NCBI GenBank assembly: GCA_021780535.1
Contig: JAJXYN010000011.1
Coordinates: 15,295 to 79,294, forward strand
Length of the DNA stretch: 64,000 nucleotides
Source of the DNA: a bacterium
GTDB lineage: Bacteria; Patescibacteriota; Patescibacteriia; JAGPKW01
Direction of reading: 5' to 3'
Shown here: piece by piece, positions 40,396 through 49,246 of the stretch
Position numbering within the stretch: position 1 is the stretch's first letter
How the letters are laid out: each line of letters opens with the position of its first letter
Position numbers and translations under genes: made by a program
Notes under the pieces: model-generated
Told to the model about the DNA's origin: nothing
What the model saw: only the letters and a program-made list of their open reading frames with translations
Database searches by the model: none

Positions 40396-41394
40396 ATGAT
40401 TAAATATTCTTTTATAATTCCAGTAAAAGAAATAAATAATTACATCAAAGAATCTATTCCTAAAATATTAGAAATAGAAAGAAATGATTATGAAATTATC
40501 ATTTATCCAGATGAGATAGATAATAATTTTAATTCTCAAAAAACTAAACAAATAGCATCTGGTAATTGTGGACCAGCAGAAAAAAGAAGTTTAGCAATAA
40601 ATGATGCAAATGGAGAAATATTAGTATTTATTGATGATGATGCATATCCAGAAAAAAATTTACTAGATTTATTAGATAAAGATTTTGAGGATAAAAATAT
40701 TGTTGCTGTTGGTGGCCCAGCCATTACTCCAAGAAACGACGACTTTTGGCAGAAAGTTTCTGGTGCTGTATTTTTAAGCTCTATATCTGGTGGGAATCCT
40801 GAAAGATATATTTCTACTGGGAAGAAAAAATTTGTTAATGATTGGCCTTCTGTTAACCTATCTGTCAGAAAAAACGCATTTATTACTGTAAATGGATTTA
40901 ATAGTAAATACTGGCCAGGTGAAGATACTTTATTTTGTTTAGATTTATTAAAAAAAACTAATGGTAAAATATTATATGATCCCGATTTAATAGTTTATCA
41001 TCATAGAAGAAGTGGGTTTAAAAGACATTTAAAACAAATTGGACAATATGGATTACATAGGGGATTTTTTGCAAAAAAATATCCAGAAACATCTTTTAAA
41101 TTGAAATATTTTATACCTAGTATTTTTTTTGTGTTTGTCGTAAGTAGTATATTTTCTATATTTTTTAGTAATCTTTTATTGATTTTATATGGTATTGGGT
41201 ATATTTTATATATAGTTGCATTGATAAAAGCATTTTTAGATATTTATAAATACGAAACAAATATATTAATATGTATTAACGCTGCTTACTATATATTTTT
41301 TACTCATTTAATATATGGTTTTAACTTTATTAAAGGTTTTCTATTTACTAATGAATTAAAGAGTAAATTACGATCTACTGAATTAAAAAATTAA
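40396..41394 (+). CDS. GT2 glycosyltransferase with C-terminal transmembrane region
   Basis: GT-A N-terminus (FIIPVKE, DDD) and about 4 C-terminal TM helices. Confidence 0.7.
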   Translation: MIKYSFIIPVKEINNYIKESIPKILEIERNDYEIIIYPDEIDNNFNSQKTKQIASGNCGPAEKRSLAINDANGEILVFIDDDAYPEKNLLDLLDKDFEDKNIVAVGGPAITPRNDDFWQKVSGAVFLSSISGGNPERYISTGKKKFVNDWPSVNLSVRKNAFITVNGFNSKYWPGEDTLFCLDLLKKTNGKILYDPDLIVYHHRRSGFKRHLKQIGQYGLHRGFFAKKYPETSFKLKYFIPSIFFVFVVSSIFSIFFSNLLLILYGIGYILYIVALIKAFLDIYKYETNILICINAAYYIFFTHLIYGFNFIKGFLFTNELKSKLRSTELKN

Positions 41395-41403
41395 TCTACC
41401 AAA

Positions 41404-42924
41404 ATGAAAATAGCAATTTCTTATCCATCGTTAGAATCGGAAAAAGGTGTAGCATTACTTGGACAAAATCGTCAGTTCCAATGGTTTAATAGTCCTACTT
41501 ATATTTATCCTGTAATCCCGGCTTACACAGCAACATTATTAAAGCAAAATGGTTATGATGTTTTTTGGGATGATGGTATAGCTGAAGGATTGAATTATGA
41601 ATCTTGGAAAGAAAGATTTTTGAAAGAAAGTCCTGATGTTGTTATTTTTGAATCAAAAACCCCAGTGATAAAAAGACATTGGAGAATTATTAATGAATTA
41701 AAAGAATTAAGACCTGAAATAAAAATAATTTTAGTAGGTGATCATGTTACCGCATTCCCAGAAGAGAGTTTAAGATATTCTAAGGTTGATTATGTTTTAT
41801 CTGGTGGTGATTATGATTTTGGTGCTTTAAATTTAGTTAATTTTTTAGAAAATAAAGCTAATTTAGAGCCTGGTTGGTATTTTAGAGAATCCGGGGAATG
41901 GAATAAAGATTTGGAAAATGAAGACATTAATTGGGTTGATGGTGGCTTTGATAATTTAGTTATTAAAAATACTGGGGTAAAACAAGATTATCATCTACAC
42001 AACCTTGATACTCTTCCGATAGTTGATAGAGAATTAACTAAATGGAAATTGTACGCATTTAAAAATGGTAACTTTAAATACACTCCTGGTACATACATGA
42101 TGAGTGGTAGGGATTGTTGGTGGGGAAGATGTGCTTTTTGTTCTTGGACTACTTTATTCCCTGGAGCTAATTTTAGAACTAGATCTGCAAAATTAGCATT
42201 AGAAGAAGTTGGGCATTTGATAGATTTAGGTATTAAAGAAATCATGGAGGATTCTGGGTCTTTACCTATTGGACAATGGCTTATTGATTTTTGCAATGGA
42301 ATGATAGAAAAAGGATATAATACTAAAATTACGATGAGTTGTAATATGAGAATTAATGGTATTAAAGATCCTGAAACTTGGAAATTAATGAAGAAAGCTG
42401 GCTTTAGATTTGTTTTATTTGGTTTAGAATCCGCTAATCAAGAGACTTTAGACAGAATTGAAAAAAATCTTAAAATTGAAGAAATTGAACCTGGCCTTAA
42501 AATGTGTGAAAATGCTGGTTTAGAACCTCATATTACTACTATGATTGGTTACCCATGGGAAAAATATGGAGACGCTAAAAAAACTGTTGATTTAGCTAAA
42601 GATTTATTCAAAAAAGGGTATGTTGATACTTTGCAAGCTACTGTATTAATTCCTTATCCTGGCACGCCTTTATATAAATATTGTAAAGAAAATAATCTTT
42701 TGAATTTTAATGATTATGACAGATTTGACCAAAGAGAACAGGTTATGAAATGTGAATTAACTACTGAAAACGTTAAAGAATTAACTCAAGATTTATATAA
42801 GTCGTTTATTACTCCTAAATTTATTTTAAAGAAAGTCTTAAGTATAAGAAGTTTTGATGATGTAAAGTTTTTGTTCAAGGCTGCTTTTAAAGTTTTAGGA
42901 CATTTAATGGATTTTAAGAAATAA
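41404..42924 (+). CDS. B12-binding-domain radical SAM protein
   Basis: N-terminal cobalamin-binding-like Rossmann domain; cysteine cluster CWWGRCAFC (Cx4Cx2C) in a radical SAM core. Confidence 0.6.
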   Translation: MKIAISYPSLESEKGVALLGQNRQFQWFNSPTYIYPVIPAYTATLLKQNGYDVFWDDGIAEGLNYESWKERFLKESPDVVIFESKTPVIKRHWRIINELKELRPEIKIILVGDHVTAFPEESLRYSKVDYVLSGGDYDFGALNLVNFLENKANLEPGWYFRESGEWNKDLENEDINWVDGGFDNLVIKNTGVKQDYHLHNLDTLPIVDRELTKWKLYAFKNGNFKYTPGTYMMSGRDCWWGRCAFCSWTTLFPGANFRTRSAKLALEEVGHLIDLGIKEIMEDSGSLPIGQWLIDFCNGMIEKGYNTKITMSCNMRINGIKDPETWKLMKKAGFRFVLFGLESANQETLDRIEKNLKIEEIEPGLKMCENAGLEPHITTMIGYPWEKYGDAKKTVDLAKDLFKKGYVDTLQATVLIPYPGTPLYKYCKENNLLNFNDYDRFDQREQVMKCELTTENVKELTQDLYKSFITPKFILKKVLSIRSFDDVKFLFKAAFKVLGHLMDFKK

Positions 42925-43022
42925 TTTGACGAGATATTCTATTCTATGATATTATTTTAATATCACCATGATAGAGCATGTTTTTGGCTCCAATATTTGT
43001 CCAAAAAATACTCTCTATTAAT

Positions 43023-43048
43023 AAAAAACACCTTAACTGGTGCTTTTT
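43023..43048. terminator. bidirectional hairpin terminator
   Basis: AAAAACACCTTAACTGGTGCTTTTT, with A-run and T-run flanks on either side. Confidence 0.5.
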
Positions 43049-43119
43049 AATTTTAAAACTGAAAAATTCAAATTTAAAAACAATTTTAAAATCTAAATTT
43101 TAAAACATATAAAACATAG

Positions 43120-43476
43120 TTACTTAAGATTGTTGAATATCTTTGATAATATTAAATTTATTTCTCTTGCTTCTTTCCAGAATATTCTTAATTTTTCTTT
43201 ATTATCATCTTCATAATTAACTAGTATTTCTATCCAATATTCTGTTTCTTTCGCTTCTTTTCTTGATATTGCTATTTTGTTTCTAAAATCTTTTTTAGAA
43301 CAGCTATTATTAGCTTCTATATAGTTTGCACCAATAGAAGTTGAACATCTAAATAATTGATTTAATAAGGAATCTAAATCTTTATTAATATATTTATTTT
43401 CTTTTCTAATTTCTTTAATAAACAATATCAAATCTTTAATAAATAATTTAATTCTATCTTCAAGATCATATTTCAT
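43120..43476 (-). CDS. four-helix-bundle protein (23S rRNA IVS protein / Avd-like family)
   Basis: STSIGANYIEA...SKKDFRNKIAISRKEAKETEYWIEIL matches the TIGR02436-type four-helix-bundle family. Confidence 0.7.
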   Translation of the reverse strand: MKYDLEDRIKLFIKDLILFIKEIRKENKYINKDLDSLLNQLFRCSTSIGANYIEANNSCSKKDFRNKIAISRKEAKETEYWIEILVNYEDDNKEKLRIFWKEAREINLILSKIFNNLK

Positions 43477-43537
43477 AGTATTTGTTTTAAAATTTAAATT
43501 TTAATATTTAGATTTGTTTTGAATTTTGGTTTTTTTA

Positions 43538-43680
43538 GTTTTAAAATTTCTACTATACCAAACACTAAAACATACAACATTAATTTCCATATTAATTCTT
43601 TATTAATATTTTTAAATTTTGTTTTATATTAAATGTTAATTTTATTGTGCAAAACTAGATAAATAAATAATTTGACGAAT
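43538..43680 (+). repeat. accessory-cassette promoter repeat, copy B
   Basis: GTTTTAAAATTTCTACTATACCAAACACTAAAACATACAACATTAATTTCCATATTAATTCTTTATTAATATTTTTAAATTTTGTTTTATATTAAATGTTAATTTTATTGTGCAAAACTAGATAAATAAATAATTTGACG. Confidence 0.6.
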
Positions 43681-43699
43681 TTTTAGAATTTGATATAAT
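43672..43699 (+). promoter_or_regulatory. sigma70-like promoter TTGACG-16-TATAAT
   Basis: TTGACGAATTTTTAGAATTTGATATAAT. The same TAGAATTTGATATAA box recurs at 39415-39430. Confidence 0.45.
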
Positions 43700-43702
43700 A
43701 TT

Positions 43703-43868
43703 TAATATAAATTCCTTCGGGACTACAAAGATGTTTAACATCTTTGGGAAAAAGCTTTTATTGAATTATGTCCATAAAAGTTTACAACAATGGCTTCGGC
43801 CCTCCCTCTAGTTAATTCTAGTAGGGTAAAAATTGAAAAACTACGCAATTAATTTGCGTAGTTTTTCT
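43703..43868 (+). ncRNA. candidate small RNA (promoter-to-terminator unit) converging on the MazF-like gene
   Basis: Starts downstream of the 43672 promoter. Contains CCTTCGGG and the perfect hairpin CAAAGATG-TTTA-ACATCTTTG, and ends at terminator hairpin CTACGCAATTAATTTGCGTAG plus T-run. Confidence 0.25.
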
Positions 43869-44233
43869 TTTATTATTTTGAAATCTTCTATTTTTATATA
43901 TCCATTTAAATATTTTAATCTTTTACTATCTATTATTCTCAATTGTGATAACATTGCTGTACTTTCTATGTCTTTTATATAATTAAACTTATGATAGAAT
44001 TTATTTTCTTGTTTTTTTGATGAAGTTAATGGTATTCCAAAAAATAATCTATCATTAAATTTTTTTAATATTAAAACTGGTCTCAAAAATGATTTATTAT
44101 CACCATTTTGTTCAAAACCTATGTTTAACCCTAAAAAACAAAACCAAATTTCTCTTTCATGAAAAAATACATTATGTTCTTTTTTATTTAACTCTGATTT
44201 TTTATTGTGCCAATTTAAAATTTCTTTTTCCAT
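43841..44233 (-). CDS. MazF/PemK-family toxin-like protein (orphan)
   Basis: REIWFCFLGLNIGFEQNG...RPVLILKK...IPLTS...SQLRIIDSKRL parallels Kid/PemK (EIWLVSLDPTAGHEQQGTRPVLIV...VPVTS...RTID). Confidence 0.65.
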   Translation of the reverse strand: MEKEILNWHNKKSELNKKEHNVFFHEREIWFCFLGLNIGFEQNGDNKSFLRPVLILKKFNDRLFFGIPLTSSKKQENKFYHKFNYIKDIESTAMLSQLRIIDSKRLKYLNGYIKIEDFKIIKEKLRKLIA

Positions 44234-44286
44234 GTTTATTTAGTTTTAGTTTCTTTGTACTTCGAAGCTTTAGCGAAGAAGTATCA

Positions 44287-44406
44287 GTTTTAAAATTTCT
44301 ACTATACCAAACACTAAAACATACGACATTAATTTTTATATTAATTCTTTATTAATATTTTTAAATTTTGTTTTATTCTAGTTAATATCCAAATTGTGCA
44401 TAAAAG
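44287..44406 (+). repeat. accessory-cassette promoter repeat, copy C
   Basis: The 5' two-thirds are near-identical to copy B; the 3' part diverges. Confidence 0.55.
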
Positions 44407-44474
44407 ATAATTAACATTGATTTTATAATTAAATAAGGGTAGAATTTCTGTATTGATTTTTTTAAAGAATAAAA

Positions 44475-45371
44475 ATGAATAACTCTTTAGTTTCTGTTAC
44501 TATTACAACTAAAAATGAAGAGAAGAATATAGAAAATTGTATTAAATCAATATTTGGACAAACTTATAAAAATATTGAAATTATTGTAGTTGATAATAAT
44601 TCTTCTGATAAAACAAAAGAAATTGCATTAAAATATACAGATAAAGTTTTTGACAAAGGGCCTGAAAGGTCTGCTCAAAGAAATTATGGAATGATAGAAA
44701 AAAGCAATGGGGAATATGCTATGTTTATTGATGCGGACATGATTTTATCACCTGATGTTATAGAAAATTGTATTAAATTAACAGAAACTGAAAACATTGA
44801 TGCATTATGGATTCCTGAAATAGTTCTTGGAAATAATTTCTTTTCAAAATGTAGAAGATTTGAAAGAACTTTTTATAATGGAACAGTGATAGACGGAGCT
44901 AGATTTTTTAAAAAAAGTTCTTTTATTGAAGTTGGCGGTTTTGATATAACTATGAGTGGACCAGAGGATTGGGATATTGATAAAAAGCTAAAAGCTAAAA
45001 ATTTTAAATTAAAACTTTTAGAGACTGACGTATTAAATAAGAATAGTTGGGTATTGTATGAGTTCATAAAAGAAAGGGGTGTTAATTCTAATAAATATGG
45101 TTCTGTTATATATCATAATGAAGCTGACTTTAATCTTAAAAAGTATTTGAATAAAAAGGGATATTATGCTAAAAGTTTTGATGGATATATTAGTAAATGG
45201 GGTAAAGATGATAATGATATAAAAAAGCAATTTGGATTGAGTTATAGATATTTTGGTGTTTTTCTTGGAAATGGTAAATGGAAAAGATTATTATCTCATC
45301 CGATATTAGCTATTGGAATGTATTTTTTGAGATTTTTAGTTGGTGTTAGTTTTTTAATTAATAAAAAGTAA
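44475..45371 (+). CDS. GT2 glycosyltransferase
   Basis: N-terminus VSVTITTKNEEKNI...IEIIVVDNNSSD, a DAD motif and GT-A fold. Confidence 0.7.
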   Translation: MNNSLVSVTITTKNEEKNIENCIKSIFGQTYKNIEIIVVDNNSSDKTKEIALKYTDKVFDKGPERSAQRNYGMIEKSNGEYAMFIDADMILSPDVIENCIKLTETENIDALWIPEIVLGNNFFSKCRRFERTFYNGTVIDGARFFKKSSFIEVGGFDITMSGPEDWDIDKKLKAKNFKLKLLETDVLNKNSWVLYEFIKERGVNSNKYGSVIYHNEADFNLKKYLNKKGYYAKSFDGYISKWGKDDNDIKKQFGLSYRYFGVFLGNGKWKRLLSHPILAIGMYFLRFLVGVSFLINKK

Positions 45372-46400
45372 ATGAATAATCAATTTGATTTAAAATTTAG
45401 TATATTAATACCGACATATAAAGGTGCTGGCTTAATAAAAGAAACATTGGAAAGTATATTATCTCAAAGTTTTTATAATTATGAGATAATAATTCAAGAA
45501 GATGCATCTGACGATAATATAGAAGATGTTATAAAAAATTATAATGATAGTAGAATAAAATTTTTTAAAAATAATAAAAATTTAGGATATTCTATAAATT
45601 TAGAAGAAGGTAGAAAACATTGTACTGGAGATATAATATATTTAATGGGGCAAGATGATATTTTGGCAGAGAGTGCATTAATAAATACGTATAATGTATT
45701 TATAGAACATGATGATGTAGGTGCTGTTACTAGGCCATATTATTGGTTTGATAAAGATATAAAAATACCAGTTAGAGCTAAAAAACAATTAAATAGCAAA
45801 AAAGATGAAATTATAAAAATTGATGATGATATAGAAAAAATTATAAATGTATTTGAAACATTAGATCAACTTTCAGGATTGGCTTACAGAGTAAAATTTA
45901 TGGATATAGGATTTCATCCAGATTGTTTTCCTTGCCATATTTATCCATTCGCATCAATCTTTAAAAAACACTCTATAGCATTTCTTAAAGACTACACTAT
46001 TGCTGTAAGAATAAGTAGTAGTCAAACAAGAAATATATCTTCTATATATGAAAGATCTCCAATGCTTAGCTGGATAGACATGTTTAATAATGTTTTCAAA
46101 GAAGATAAATTCATAAAAACAAAAGATAAATGTATTAAAAATTTTGTTACTATAAATTATATTGGTCTTGTCCAGTTAAGAAATTATGCAAGATATTTTT
46201 TGTTTTTAAGAGAATCTTGGTATTTAATTAAATATCATTGGCAAAATATTTTTAATATAAAATATTGGTTTTTTGCTTTAGGGTGTGCTATTATGCCAGC
46301 AAAATTATTAATACCATTAGTTGATTGGTATAAAAATAAAATAAATTCTGCTAATTTAAAATATATAAAGTTTAATTATAAATTTAAACATAATGAATAA
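45372..46400 (+). CDS. GT2 glycosyltransferase
   Basis: N-terminus FSILIPTYKGAGLI...YEIIIQEDASDDN and a DD motif. Confidence 0.65.
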   Translation: MNNQFDLKFSILIPTYKGAGLIKETLESILSQSFYNYEIIIQEDASDDNIEDVIKNYNDSRIKFFKNNKNLGYSINLEEGRKHCTGDIIYLMGQDDILAESALINTYNVFIEHDDVGAVTRPYYWFDKDIKIPVRAKKQLNSKKDEIIKIDDDIEKIINVFETLDQLSGLAYRVKFMDIGFHPDCFPCHIYPFASIFKKHSIAFLKDYTIAVRISSSQTRNISSIYERSPMLSWIDMFNNVFKEDKFIKTKDKCIKNFVTINYIGLVQLRNYARYFLFLRESWYLIKYHWQNIFNIKYWFFALGCAIMPAKLLIPLVDWYKNKINSANLKYIKFNYKFKHNE

Positions 46401-47070
46401 AATTATAACTTATTTACATAATTATCCTTTTTTTACTAAAATTTTTCATACTTTAAATTATTGTTTAAAAAATGAGTTAAAAGATTGCCAAACTGTATTA
46501 GATTTGGGTTGTGGTCCTGATTCTCCTTTAAAATATTGTAAAAATATTAAATATAGTGTCGGCGTTGAAGGTTTTGAACCATATCTAGAGAAATCAAAAT
46601 CTAACAATATACATTCTGAATATATTTCAAAAAATATAATGGAATTAGATTTTCCAGAAAACTCATTTGATGCCGTTATTATGATAGAAGTATTAGAACA
46701 TTTACCAGAAAATGTTGGTTATGAAATTGTTAAAAAAATGGAAAAATGGGCAAAAAAGAAAATTATTATATCATCACCAAATGGTTTTATAAATCAAAAA
46801 GAAGTGGATAACAACCCACTACAAAAACACTTATCTGGTTGGGATTATAAAAAAATGGAAAAATTAGGTTTTAAATGTTATGGGTTAGCTGGTTTTAAAT
46901 TTCTAAGACAAGAAGTACAAAACGATACAATGAGTAACAATTTATTAACATCAATAAGATTTAAACCTAAAGCTTTTTGGTTTATTATTGCTACTTTAAG
47001 TCAAATTTTTACCTATCATTTCTCCGGATTAGCATTTGAATTGTTTAGCGTTAAAAAATTAAAAAAATAA
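46393..47070 (+). CDS. class I SAM-dependent methyltransferase
   Basis: Motif I VLDLGCGPDSPL and post-I acidic residue; overlaps the previous gene by 8 nt. Confidence 0.65.
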   Translation: MNKIITYLHNYPFFTKIFHTLNYCLKNELKDCQTVLDLGCGPDSPLKYCKNIKYSVGVEGFEPYLEKSKSNNIHSEYISKNIMELDFPENSFDAVIMIEVLEHLPENVGYEIVKKMEKWAKKKIIISSPNGFINQKEVDNNPLQKHLSGWDYKKMEKLGFKCYGLAGFKFLRQEVQNDTMSNNLLTSIRFKPKAFWFIIATLSQIFTYHFSGLAFELFSVKKLKK

Positions 47071-47071
47071 T

Positions 47072-47776
47072 ATGAAGTTTTTTAGAAAGTATTTTTTGTA
47101 TTTATTGGAATTAAGCACTAAGAAAAATTTAAGAAATATAATAGATTTTTTAGATAAAAAAGAATCTTGTAATTTTCTAGATTTAGGATGTAATGACGGT
47201 GTTGTTACTTTAAATTTTGCTAAAAAAATAGAAACTAAAAATATATATGGCGTTGAAATTGTTGATAACGCAATTGCCATTGCTGAAAGTAATGGAATTA
47301 AGGTTTTTAAAGCTGATTTAAATTTAAAATTACCATTCGAGGATTCTTATTTTTATTTTATAACAGCTAATCAGGTTATAGAGCATCTTAATAATACGGA
47401 TAATTTTATTTCTGAGATACATAGAATTTTAAAGCCCGGTGGATATGCTATTATTAGTACGGAAAATCTTGCTAGTTGGCATAATATTTTTTCTTTATTA
47501 CTTGGATTTCAACCATTTAGTATTACTAATTATTCAAATAAGGGTGTAATAGGTAATCCTTTTTCTTTATGGAAACAAAACAAATACGATGACAATACTC
47601 TTTCTTGGCAACATCAAAAAATATTTTCGTATTTTGGATTAAAAGATTTATTTATTAAAAATGGATTTTCTGTAATAGCTATTAAGACTAGTGGATATTA
47701 TCCTTTACCTGGTTTCTTTTCTGATATAGACAAAATACATGGTCATTGGCTAACGATAAAAGTGCAAAAATTATAA
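47072..47776 (+). CDS. class I SAM-dependent methyltransferase
   Basis: Motif I FLDLGCNDG, motif II ITANQVIEHL, and LKPGGYAII. Confidence 0.7.
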   Translation: MKFFRKYFLYLLELSTKKNLRNIIDFLDKKESCNFLDLGCNDGVVTLNFAKKIETKNIYGVEIVDNAIAIAESNGIKVFKADLNLKLPFEDSYFYFITANQVIEHLNNTDNFISEIHRILKPGGYAIISTENLASWHNIFSLLLGFQPFSITNYSNKGVIGNPFSLWKQNKYDDNTLSWQHQKIFSYFGLKDLFIKNGFSVIAIKTSGYYPLPGFFSDIDKIHGHWLTIKVQKL

Positions 47777-47800
47777 TATAATCTAATAAAATTTAAATTT

Positions 47801-48337
47801 ATGAATATTTTTTTTAAAATTATATTATTCATAATTTCTATTCCAGCGAGATTAAAAGGAATGAAATTTGGAGTAAATAGTTATATTTTGCCAGGATATG
47901 ATGTGTTATTTAATCAAATGAAAAACATAAATTTAAGTAATAATGTTGTTATTGGAAGAAATGCATGGATTCAAACCATAGAAAATGGGGAAATAATTAT
48001 CAATAACAATACTCATATAGGTAGGAATGTTGTAATTTCTTCTAGGGGTAATATAGTAATAGGAAATGAATGTATGATATCTTATTTTGTTTCAATTTTA
48101 GACCATAATCATGATTTTTACAATATTAATAAATCCCCAATTTTTAGCGGGTTAACTAACCCCAAAAATATTTCAATAGGCGATAAAACTTTTATTGGAG
48201 CTCATTCTTTTATAATGCCTGGCGTTAAATTAGGGAAAAATTGCGTTGTTGGTGCTAATAGTGTAGTAACCAAAAGCTTTGAAGATTATAGTATTATAGC
48301 TGGAAATCCAGCAGTTTTAATAAAAAAAATAGTTTAA
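47801..48337 (+). CDS. hexapeptide-repeat (left-handed beta-helix) acetyltransferase
   Basis: Repeated [LIV]GxxxxI hexapeptides ([34 protein letters not shown]), as in maltose/galactoside O-acetyltransferases. Confidence 0.75.
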   Translation: MNIFFKIILFIISIPARLKGMKFGVNSYILPGYDVLFNQMKNINLSNNVVIGRNAWIQTIENGEIIINNNTHIGRNVVISSRGNIVIGNECMISYFVSILDHNHDFYNINKSPIFSGLTNPKNISIGDKTFIGAHSFIMPGVKLGKNCVVGANSVVTKSFEDYSIIAGNPAVLIKKIV

Positions 48338-48340
48338 TGT

Positions 48341-49234
48341 ATGAATAAAAAAATTTCAGTAATTATAGTTACTTATAATAGAAAAAATGACGTAGACTTA
48401 TGTTTACAGTCTATTTTTAATAGTACATATAATAATTATGAAATTATTGTTGTTGATAATGCGTCTGAAGACGACACGGTTATGTTTTTAGAAAATAAAT
48501 ATTCTAATAGCATAAACTTAATAAAAAGCCCAGTAAATTTAAATGCTGGGGGTGGTAGAAATTTGGGAGCGAAAAATGCTAGTGGAGATTATTTTTTGTT
48601 TATAGATAGTGATAATGTTATAGATTTTAATATGATAAATGAATTATATTTAGAAATTGAGAAAGGTAATAATTGTGGGATGATAGGGCCATTGATGTAT
48701 TATTATGAAAAAAAAAATATTATATGGTTATCTTTTGCCAATATAAATATGTGGACTAGTAAGTCAAAATATGAAGGGAATCTTGAAGAAGACAAGGGGC
48801 AATATAATCTTGTTAGAGAAACTGGCCATTTGCCTAATGTTTTTATGGTTAGAAAAAATATTTGGGAATTGGTTAATGGGATAGATGAAATATATGGAAT
48901 TATGTACGAAGAATCAGATTTAGCTGAAAAAATAAAAAAAATTGGATATAAAATATTAATAACTCCAAAAGCAAAAACATATCACAATACTCCTATGTCT
49001 TATAGCAAAGATTTGGAGTTTAATAATAAAAGATTTTATTATACAACTAGAAATAGAATAATATTTATGAGAAAAAATGCGACAAAAATACAATTATTTG
49101 TTTTTTATTCGATATTTATGCATGTTTTAAATTTTTATTATTTTATAAATATACTTAAATTTGGGAAATTAAATATAATTTCAACTTTTTTTTCAGCAAT
49201 TAAAGATGGTGTAACCATAAAAATAGAAAAATAA
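48341..49234 (+). CDS. GT2 glycosyltransferase
   Basis: N-terminus ISVIIVTYNRKNDV...YEIIVVDNASEDDT and a DSD motif. Confidence 0.75.
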   Translation: MNKKISVIIVTYNRKNDVDLCLQSIFNSTYNNYEIIVVDNASEDDTVMFLENKYSNSINLIKSPVNLNAGGGRNLGAKNASGDYFLFIDSDNVIDFNMINELYLEIEKGNNCGMIGPLMYYYEKKNIIWLSFANINMWTSKSKYEGNLEEDKGQYNLVRETGHLPNVFMVRKNIWELVNGIDEIYGIMYEESDLAEKIKKIGYKILITPKAKTYHNTPMSYSKDLEFNNKRFYYTTRNRIIFMRKNATKIQLFVFYSIFMHVLNFYYFINILKFGKLNIISTFFSAIKDGVTIKIEK

Positions 49235-49246
49235 GTAAAAAATAAT

